This document shows, in pieces, positions 1-9,799 of a stretch of DNA of 64,000 bases. Each line of letters starts with the position of its first letter. Position 1 is the first letter of the stretch. Location: the NCBI GenBank assembly GCA_040954595.2, contig CM082592.2, forward strand, positions 2,669,462 through 2,733,461, given 5' to 3'. The DNA comes from Balanoglossus misakiensis (Eukaryota > Animalia > Hemichordata). The notes under the pieces were generated by a model. It made no database searches and was not told where the DNA came from. It saw only the letters and a list, made by a program, of their open reading frames with translations. The translations under genes and the position numbers were made by a program.

Positions 1-486
1 GAATTTTCGAACAATTTTTTTAGTTCAGACAACACTATCTGAGTCTTATCAGTATGTGGCTCTTAAGTTTCAGCTCAAATATGTTAGCATTAAATAATAT
101 TCCTTTTTCAATTTGCAAAGTGGACTTATGAAACGGGATGTTTACTTTTTCATGCAGATTCTTTTTAGAATTCCAAAGTTGGTTTATGTACTTGGAAACC
201 AGGGAATTTTTGAACTTTGAACACAATTAATGTACACTGTTAAATCTGGTTGATTTTATTGAGTGGGATTTTGCTTAAGAATTCAAAGTTTTTATTCAGA
301 TCAGAGTTCTTTCACATTTCTGTAGTTTGCCTTTTTTTCTGTGATTTGTGTATCAAGTGTTGCATTATTCACATTACCAGATTTGAAATTTAAAAAAGTT
401 GGATGAATGAATTTTACGTTTCATTGGTGTCCTTCTTTGATCACAAGATCGTTCAGTGAAACTTGTTAATTTAAATACCGTGTTGG

Positions 487-503
487 AGCGCCACCTAGTG
501 GCA
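487..503. promoter_or_regulatory. CTCF-type binding motif (AGCGCCACCTAGTGGCA)
   Basis: Close match to the bilaterian CTCF core consensus (GCGCCMYCTAGTGG). Motif only; occupancy unknown. Confidence 0.45.
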
Positions 504-1417
504 ACACTGGATCTGCAAAAAATGGTCTTAGTAAATGAAAGATAAAACAAAGTCTACTACGTTTGGAGTAAGATAAACTTCAGACAGTAACAAAACTGAT
601 ATCACATAAAATATTACAAGAAATAAAGTAGTGAAAAGTTGATTTTTTGCAACAGCTGATATTTTTGCTTTTGCTTGAATAGTTAGAAAACCTGAAGCAT
701 CTTCACTGGATCAGTTGCACCGTTTCGGCATCCCTCTCCCCCCGCTTTGGCATGAGACATTCCACATTACAAAAGGCCTGGAACATCCCATTTTTAGTCC
801 TAGAGGTTGACAGCTACGAAGGTGTGGACAAAAAAAAGTGTGTCGTTCCCCGGCCCCTACAGTCACTACGTGTTAACGCCATGAAATCCAATCACCTTTT
901 TATAATAAACAACCAATGAAATAGTGTTCCCAATATTTACGTGTTCAACTCAAACTGTAAAAAAATCCAATCAGAGGACATTAAACAAATAAATCGCACG
1001 CGTAGCTTAAAACATGTTCAAAAAAACAACAACAGCATTTGTTTGATTTATGTAGCTTATTTTCTTCATTTTGAACAATAAATTCATGGTGGCGTACGGG
1101 GTTAGCGAAGTGACAGATGTGACGTGGGCAGGCTTAGTCATGGTATATGGTATTCCGGCGGAGTGCGTGCGTTCGAAACGAGTTTTGTCGCGTTGTTTTT
1201 TTTTCTTTTTTCTTTTTCCTTCTGTCCTACTTAGTAATTTTTCTCTTCTCTCTCACCCTCTTTCCCACCCTTACCCCTTTTCCCGCTACATTCATTGCAG
1301 CTATCCGTCAGTTTTTATAATGTCTGCCCACAGCAAGTTACAACGGGTCAATCGGTTTTCTAATAACAACCGGCCATGGTTAGGTAGGGTATTACCGTTT
1401 AACAACAAGTCTATATA

Positions 1418-2079
1418 GTATTATTACACCTCACGTATTATACCATATTCGTGATTGGCTGAGACGCGCTCACGTGATATAGAAAAAAAAGTGATATAAC
1501 ATGGCTAGAGTTGATAAAGCCCTGTCGCGTGCTCTGATATTGCCCGCTGGGTTGTTTTGGTGTTCTGCGCGCGACTTCTGCGCGTTCCAAACTGTCGTTC
1601 AATGGCTTCCTTCACGATCAGTCAACTCCCGCATATATGGCTTCAAAGCGACACATAGGCTTAACACCTGTTCAACTGGACGATATTTTACCACAAACGG
1701 ACAGTAAATACAACAAAATCGCAACCAACAGTGCAGTATTTTCAAAATAATCTAAGTTCGAAGTAGGTATCGTATAATTCTTGGGAGATCGAGACATTTT
1801 ACATTCTCAGCAACGTACGACATATGGGCGCGCGTCTACGTTCTTCTATGCCTGCCTTGTATGTACGTTCAAATGTTCGGCGTAATAAAATTAATAACAC
1901 ATGATGCTCGGGCAACATCACGATTTGAAGCCTGCTCTCGGGCTGGTGATCTCTGACCACAATATTGATGATACCCTCGCCTGCGGCTCGGGTGTCATCA
2001 ATATTGTGGTCAGAGATCACCAACCCTCGTGCAGGCTTCAAATCGTGATATTGCCCTCGCTATCATGTGTTATTATTTA
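1418..2079. mobile_element. Non-autonomous bipartite palindromic element (short IR-bounded module plus ~184-bp hairpin), possibly Crypton-like
   Basis: Short IR TTATTACACC (1421-1430)/GGCGTAATAA (1879-1888) encloses a module containing CACGTGA. A near-perfect inverted repeat follows at 1892-2075, centred on 1983. Family assignment is inference. Confidence 0.65.
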
Positions 2080-2099
2080 ACCAATATTCGCCCATTACG

Positions 2100-2833
2100 T
2101 ACAAGAAAACACCAGAGACTACTCGGGTTATAAAAACACCCGCCGCTCCAAATTGCCACAGTACGCACAGCGGATGTATTCAAATTTCAAAGCACTCAGT
2201 CAAGCGGTTTCAGAGATAATGATTTTTTGACCAAAAATGTTTAAAATTGCACCAAAAATACATACATGCAAATTTCATCATGATTTGAACAAATCTGACA
2301 GTGGTCACCCCTAAGAACGTCAATATCAAATCTCAAAGCAATAGGACAAGTCCGTTTCAGAAAAGAAGATTTTTTTACCAAAAATGAAGAAATTTAACAA
2401 AAAAATTCATTAAAAATAGAAAATTCCAGATATCTACACAAAATGAACAAAACTACATGAGGCCCATATCAGGAACTTCCATATCAATTTTCAAAGCAAT
2501 CAGACGAGTGGTTATGAAGAAGATTCGAAGATTTTTACCAAAAATGAGATTTTTTGAGCTCATTTGCATATTTTTGAGAATATCTTCAAAAATAAAAAAA
2601 ACCTCTGGGCGTATACACATGACACATCCACACACTGAATTTCAAGTTTGTGAGCGCTTCGGTTCTCAAAATATTTGAGTGGACGGACATCCTCACATAC
2701 ATACATACATACATACATATACATACATACATACATACACATACATACATACAGACTGACGACAGACACAGGTCAAAGGTCAAAATACCCATTTTAACAG
2801 CTTCTATAGACCATAGACTATAGTAGCTAAAAA
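2100..2833 (-). mobile_element. Non-autonomous Helentron-associated (DINE-1/HINE/pearl-like) element
   Basis: On the minus strand it begins TTTTAGCTACTATAG with a short hairpin (2799-2829), followed by GTCT/GTAT microsatellite and three degenerate ~145-157-bp internal repeats (near 2180, 2325, 2482), ending at TTCTTGT. This matches the DINE/HINE architecture. Confidence 0.6.
2695..2753. repeat. (CATA)n microsatellite inside the HINE-like element
   Basis: Direct reading of the sequence. Confidence 0.95.
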
Positions 2834-3439
2834 TGAGGAAAGCACTGGCACAAACTAGCACAAATACACACACGCACGCGCGTACCCAAGGGAGACAAAA
2901 AAAAGAAAGATGACTTTAAAAAAACTTGAATGACCTAAGGTTGCGACTGGTTTTCAATGACAGAAAGACTTCATTCTATACCCTCATTATTTATGGTCTT
3001 ATTTTCGGCAAATACAAGTTGTTGGACGAAGTTGAACTTAGTGATCTTGCCAAATGAACATTTGCAGGTTGAAAAAGCTTGTACATATACTTGACAATTT
3101 TGAAAATCATGACACCTTTGTGATAATAAGTTAGTTTCCGTGATCGTTAAGACTTACCTAGTTGCAACCTCAATCATATAATGCAAATAAACAGCCATAA
3201 GAAATACATTAAAAGGGCAGCATATTTATTTAATTTTAATGACGCAAACCCATGACATTTCATAAACTCAATCTTCATACATAAATCAGTAAGAAAGTTG
3301 ACCCACGATCGCCTTTGATGGAGATTCAGAACCTTAAATATTACAAGGCATCGTACCTTATAAGGAAGACGATTGCGCCAATACACATTAAAGTAAATTT
3401 GCTTGTCAGATGAGACATTAACATAACCATTATTTGCTG

Positions 3440-3888
3440 TGTTTGATGATCGTACAAACAAAGCCTCAGGATCGTGTCGATAAGAAATAAAAAGCGAATG
3501 TCGACATGATGATCGTACAAATAAGCAGAAAATGCTGATAATCAACACGACCATTTTGTCGATAACTGGAATTTTTGCTTACCCACACGATGATAAGCAA
3601 AAAATGCTGATAATCAACACGACCACCGTGTCGATAAGTAAGTAAAACTACATATCGACACGACCATCGTGTCGATAACATGTTTTTTTTTGCTTATCGA
3701 CACGATAGTGATCGTGCAAATAAGCTGAAAATGCTTCTTATTGACACGATCACCGTGTCGATAAGCAAAAAACACACGTTATCGACACGACCATCGTGTC
3801 GATAGGTAAGGAAAACTACATTATCGACACGATCATCGTGTCGATAAAGCATTTTTTTCCCTTATCCACACGACGATCGTGTCGTCGG
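3440..3888. repeat. Degenerate array of self-complementary units ATCGACACGA-x-ATCGTGTCGATAA
   Basis: CGTGTCGATA recurs at least six times and its complement TATCGACACG several times, forming local palindromes such as 3821-3847. Confidence 0.8.
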
Positions 3889-3950
3889 CATGGTCACAGG
3901 TGGGCGTGGTGGGGTATTTACATGTTCACAGCTGGAACATACACTGTACA

Positions 3951-4222
3951 TTATACACATGATGACTGACAATGAGGGCAACAGTGTATTTTGATGACCG
4001 AGGGTGCTGCTAGTCACAACTAAAACAGACTGTTTTGGTGTGACTGGCAGTCCCGAGGTCATTAAAAATACACTGTTGGCCGAATATGTCAGTCATCATG
4101 TGTTTTATAACACACCAAACCGATCGAACTGATGCCCTAGGGAACAGTTCGAAATGACTAAGGTCACGTGACATCGTATTGACGTATCACGATCGAGGGT
4201 TCGCTGCATGGTGTGTTATAAT
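3951..4222. mobile_element. Second bipartite palindromic element, same architecture as 1418-2079 but inverted
   Basis: Hairpin 3955-4103 (ACACATGATGACTGACA...TGTCAGTCATCATGTGT) is followed by IR TTATAACACACCA (4105-4117)/TGGTGTGTTATAA (4209-4221) around a CACGTGA-containing module. It shares the ACACATGAT hairpin base with the first element. Confidence 0.6.
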
Positions 4223-4315
4223 ACCAAATGTGTTGCTGCAGTTTTGTAGCCGTATGACTCACAGCTCTGCATGCCTCATGCACCACGCAGAGCTATAGCT
4301 CTACGCGGAGCTACG

Positions 4316-5485
4316 CAGTCAGGACGTAAGTGGGGTAATTACGGCGGTGAGATCAAAGAGATCTATTTGAATGTGAACGTCGCTGAGTGGCAGTTACGGC
4401 CAGTTCGAAAAATTTTCAAACGGAGATTTTCGGTACTAGAAGTGATCGTAGTGCACCCATTTTTCTAAGACGTGTATGAAACACCATAGTCAATGATAGG
4501 ATGATTTTTCGTGAAGTTTTAACGACGCGTTCCCGAGAAAGACAGTTTCGGTATGTTGGTTTAAATTGTGGTCCTTGACTCTCGGCAAAGATTTCTTGTC
4601 TTGAAAAAAATTGGGTAGGTTAGGAAGATATTGAACTAAGTTACCGTGAAATTATAATAGTGTGAGCCGCTCCGTTGGGGAGTAATGACGGTGTAAAAAT
4701 TGCCTTCGCCATCGACGAGTACAGCCGTGTTTGCCATATGTGTATGCATTGAAGTAGGTCAACGCATGTTAAAGGTATACGGTCACCTATACAAATTTAG
4801 CCACAGTTACCATGGTAAAGCGAGATCTAACCAATCACAGATTTTCAGTGGGTGGCACACGCGAAAATAAAGCGTTCTTTAGAACACTCAAATACGCCAT
4901 TTCAACTATATATGGCGATATGTAAATTGGAGGTGACCGTATACCTTTAACCCATGACGTAATGGCTTCCTTTTCAAGGCGTCGTTAACTCTCATTAGCA
5001 TATTACATACGGAGTCTATACACTATTCACGCTGACTGACTTCTCAGGACTGACCTATGGCACTGTAAATTGTGGTCCTTGACTCTCGGCATGGATATAT
5101 TCATGTCAAAATTATGAATAGAGGAGTTTAATAATGTTTCTAAAACCTGAGGGGGTTAATTTTTGTGTGGGTATGGCTGATATTTTTTTTTTTATTTTTT
5201 AACTTCAAGGTCACTTTGAATTTCGTGATCACAATTTTGTCAGTGGAAGTAAAGAAATTCTTCTCGATAAAACTTCATGAAAAATCACATGTAGTACACT
5301 CATAGTACCAGTAATGTGCCTGGGGTGAAATAATTGTCAGAAATGGGTTGCAAGTTGCTTAACTTTCGTTGTGAAAAAAGTTGAAAAACTGTATGCAAAT
5401 GAGCAATTCAAACGTTACTGGCCAGTTCAAGTGTTTGCATTGCATGATCCCCTGCTGTTTAATTACCCCACTTACGTCCTGACTG
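4316..5485. mobile_element. Non-autonomous TIR DNA transposon (~1.17 kb)
   Basis: Perfect 26-bp TIRs CAGTCAGGACGTAAGTGGGGTAATTA (4316-4341 / 5460-5485), flanked on both sides by TACG. Internal 26-bp direct repeat at 4562-4587 and 5066-5091. No transposase ORF. Confidence 0.8.
4773..4946. mobile_element. Kolobok-like MITE (TTAA TSD) nested in the 4316-5485 element
   Basis: TTAA at 4769-4772 and 4947-4950 flank the TIRs AGGTATACGGTCACCT/AGGTGACCGTATACCT. A diverged second copy lies at 55272-55433. Confidence 0.8.
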
Positions 5486-8400
5486 TACGTGCCTGTATAT
5501 GTCCATTTGCGAAACTGAAAGTTGACCGTGGTTGTGTTACAGCATTACAGGATATTAAAACCAATTTCCCCTCCACTACCTGTCTATATATTGAAGTCAA
5601 ACTGTCAAATACACCAAACACACACAACTCACAACTATCTTACATTTTCTCCAACTTCCTCATTTACTGTTAGTCGGCTGTGAGCATGCAGGAAACCCAT
5701 GTATTTCCCCCCCTCCAACTTCAGCTCCTTCGCTGACAATACTCAAACGTTTCGCAGTGTTTGGCCTGTATGGTTGTACGGAGATGTGTCTACTGTACTC
5801 ACAAACACACGTCTGCTATCGTCATCGACGGGTTCAACCTCTAAGCTGCGCTACTGTCTTACATCTTGGATCCTCGATTCATCAGCGTGATCTGCGGTAT
5901 TTCCTCCTCGTCGTGACCTCTTGAACTCGGGTTCTTCCGTCCTACGCGTACGTGACATGACTACATAACAAATAGTTTAGGACAAGGGTAGCCTATGTGC
6001 AGTGTGCGATTGTGTAATGAACATTTGCTGAACATTTTAATTTGATGAAACAAAGGAGAATTCTTGTAAGATTTAGGAGAGACTCCTCCCTCGCTATCTA
6101 CAACCGGGCATGTACTGATTCCTATAATTCAGAATAAAGTTTTAAATTATGAGGTTTCATCTTCAGTTACGGTAACGTTTCGACATTTATGCCTCTTAAA
6201 AGAAGTGGGCAAAGCACATATTGCCATTTATTAAACTCTCCCTATTGGTCCGTATCACAAAAATTTAGTGTAATATTAAAACTATGTTTTTATTGATAGG
6301 CCTAAACATAGCATAGCGTCAAGGACACTTTTGTTCCATTTGAGGATTACACGGAAATAGGCATACACCAGAATAAAAATCACAGGTAACATTGGCAAGC
6401 AGATATGATCGACCTAAACATATATAAATATGGAAATGTAAAAAAATAACTAGAAACATTGTGATAGAAAAATATTATTATTTGAACTGGAGTATTTGAA
6501 GTCCAAAGAAAATGCACACGCGTCGAAACATAGGATAAATCGGTATAAAGCATAACCTTCTTGAAAGTCCAAGAAGATGTATGGGAGCAGTAATAACATA
6601 AAGTAGCGGATTCCACGTGCTTAGAACATTTCCATATTGTATATTTATACCTACGAATGTGGCAAATTTTGACATTGTTTACATACTGTTTCCCATTCGC
6701 ACGTGTTTTAATTAACAACAACCGATTTACCCATGTTGCATTATTTCCATGATTTAACTTGTAAACTTAGATTGCATGGTCCAATTATTATTTTATACGT
6801 ATCATTATGGTCTCCCGAATGTAAACGAAAGTAAACAAAAAAGTACTGTCGTGGTATTACAATCTTCACAAATTCAAAATACTTAGCAGTATCCTGATAT
6901 TTTGAACATGGCGGGAAGTTTGGCTTTGGAAAATATCCCCGCACTCAGACTTCACTCGGACAGATTGGTCTTGATATCCAAACTGCTGATCGACAAGAAA
7001 ATGGGGGGGGGGGGAGCCGCGTTTGCACACTATACACAGGCCCATTCCCTGGAAATGAGCGCTGACTTGTCACAGGAAAAGTGATCTTCCAGACGTAGCA
7101 AGAACTAATGTGATATCATGGCAAATGGTCTTCCGTAGGGTATGAATTAAGAAGATTTAAGTATTTTATTAACAATATGCTAAAAGTTGCAACTCATTAC
7201 CACCGTACCGATTTTTCTTCGTTTAGATAAAAAACCCTCACGTAACAAAAATTCACAAGACCGAAGTGCGGTGCGCGTCTGCGTGGCCTTTATGCTCTAC
7301 TACTAATGTTGAATATGTTTCCTCGATTTTTTCCTGACATACGAATGTTTGGTTTCAAAATATCCATATCATTAGTCTTTCCCGCGTGTGCATCAGCCTG
7401 AAACTTTTATGCTGCTAATCAATTGTCAAAATACAAGACGCTTGTCGTTATTCTACGTACAGCACCCGAAGGCTTTTTGTCGACGTTTCTGAGTTGTTGT
7501 AATACTTTGCTACTGTTTTCTACTTTGCATTTTTCAAAATTTGGGTAATGTTTTATGTACATTTTACGTGTTTGTTCCCGATGCAATAAACAGCATTTTA
7601 TAATTCCGGTTATCTAAATTGGTCATTTTTATCAGTATCACGAAGCAACGCTTACCCAAACCACATACAAGGGTATTCTTCTTGTCTGTATGTACTCAAA
7701 AGTAAATGAAAATGTAAACAACGCTTCCGATAATTTTATTTTCTGGTTGTAGAGATATAGGCCTAGGGCCTAACGACAGCAGCATGAACGAGTCGAGCAC
7801 AGAAAGAAAACACTGTAAGGTATAAAAGGCCCACGAAGCCTATCTTCAACCTATCTTCACTAGAATTATTGTAGCTCTTATCTTAGATAAGCATTTTATT
7901 TTTGTCATATTTCATGTACTTAGTTCTGTAGCTATATCACTGACCCTAAATTGATTTTGTGAGCAGAGTAGGTTGGAGAATGCACAGTCTATAGGCTGCT
8001 GCTCTCGCCCGAGAGTTTAAATGTATTTTATATAGGCATAATAATTCTAAGACATACAAATCACAAATTTAATTTACATATAGGCCTAATAAACTTGGTG
8101 TTTCCCAGAATGCTTGGTCCATGATGCAGAACCACATATCAACGCCTAAGCTTTAGCCACGATGAGGAAACTTTTGGATCCGACGTATATGTTGATGTGT
8201 TTGACAGTTTGTGTAGTCTGGCTGAGGTGATACGGCTGGTACTGTTCTGGAGCTATGTACTACCAGTGATCGACAACACAATCACCGCCAGAAAAGTGTC
8301 CAAAAGTGAATTTGTACTAGCAGTCTTCCTCTGAGCAATAGCGCCCTCGACGAGCGGAAAGTGCAATGTCTTGATTCTACGAGTGGCTTCATCTACAGGT

Positions 8401-8982
8401 GGTTAGGTGTGTCTATGAATAAGCCTAGGTGAGAGAATTTCGTGATCATTTAGTCAGATATTTCTATCATGATTTAAGTTTGAAGAAGTCCGAAGTCTAT
8501 AGCTGCCATTTCAGTGAAAAGTCGTAAAGAACATGATTACTCTGGTTCTCGAATCGCCGACGATATGGTGTACGGCCCCATTCAGTAAACACGTCAAAAA
8601 GTTGGCTCTTGCATTCTATGGTTTCTGGATCGGGAAGGATTGTAACTGAGTGTTAATCCTGTTACTGAAAGTACTCACTGACAAGAGAATCGTCAAGGCC
8701 ATCGCTTGATTTACATTTACCTTCCTCTGCTGCTGCTCATGAATGGAATCGGTCATCTTCTGGTTTGTATTCAACTTTGAAAGAAATTTGAATGCATAAG
8801 CACTGAGTAAAACAGTAAGTTTTTGTGTCACTTGATCTGCCGGACAGAAATAGGCAATCAATTACAACTTAGCATTTTCTTTCAATTAGTTTGATTCAAA
8901 ACGGCAAAAGCCATTGTACTAAATATGCCATTTTGTTGACTATACCCTTATGAGCACGTGCATATAATTTTGTGTGTACAAA

Positions 8983-9243
8983 CATAGGGAGCTTAGGAAA
9001 TGTTGTTGTTATTATTATTGTTGTTAAGATTGGTAATAAAAAAAAAATCAAAGTGCGATTTCTTGCTATGTTTGTGTTTTCCAAGCGTGACGTTGGGCGA
9101 CCACAATTATGTTTTTTTTTTTACAGTTATCTACAACATCGACAAACATAGCAAGAAATGACACATTGATTTTTTTAATTTTTTTATTATCAATCTTAAC
9201 ATCAACAACAATACCAACAGAAACATCTCCTAAGCTCCCTATG
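8983..9243. mobile_element. Fold-back MITE with ~95-bp imperfect arms (TAGGGAGCTTAGGA...TCCTAAGCTCCCTA)
   Basis: Arms 8983-9076 and 9142-9243 are reverse complements with indels. This explains the similar peptides in ORFs 8896-9084(-) and 9109-9363(+). Confidence 0.75.
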
Positions 9244-9799
9244 GTACAAACATTACGCCCAATCCAAATGTTCTGCAAATTTTGCATTCGAGGCATTCAA
9301 ATTGTTGGGGAAAGCGCCCTCTATCGATCACCCCTCCAACCTTTTTTTTGTAGAGGTTTGTAAAACGGCTTCATAAATATTTTGGGAAGGTCATCATATT
9401 TTTTTTTCACATTATACAATCTGAACTTATTTCCTCTTGTGTATTATAATTGCACATCATTTTCACTATTAAATTAAACACAGAAATAGCCTAAAAATCT
9501 ACTTAACTATAATTTTTTCCACTTCCAGACATAATTTATTTTAAAACTTGGTAGATCATTCATCTGAATTAATCTTATCAATTAAGGGGGGAAAATTTGG
9601 GGTTGAGACAAAGAAAGTTAAACATGGCTTTTGGCCATCTTCACCAGCCCAGGATGAGCAGCAAACAACTTTGTTTTGAAAACACATGAAATAGAATTAT
9701 AGGGGAGGGGCACACTGGATCAGATGCGTCACACTGTATAACTACTGCAGATGAGTAACACTATAACTGATACAGTGTTAGACAGTGTTAGTACAACTA

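Noticed and set aside
820-1410. CpG-containing segment that might be a SINE/tRNA-derived or Helitron fragment
   Set aside because: I could not identify A/B boxes, a cloverleaf, termini or a second copy in the window.
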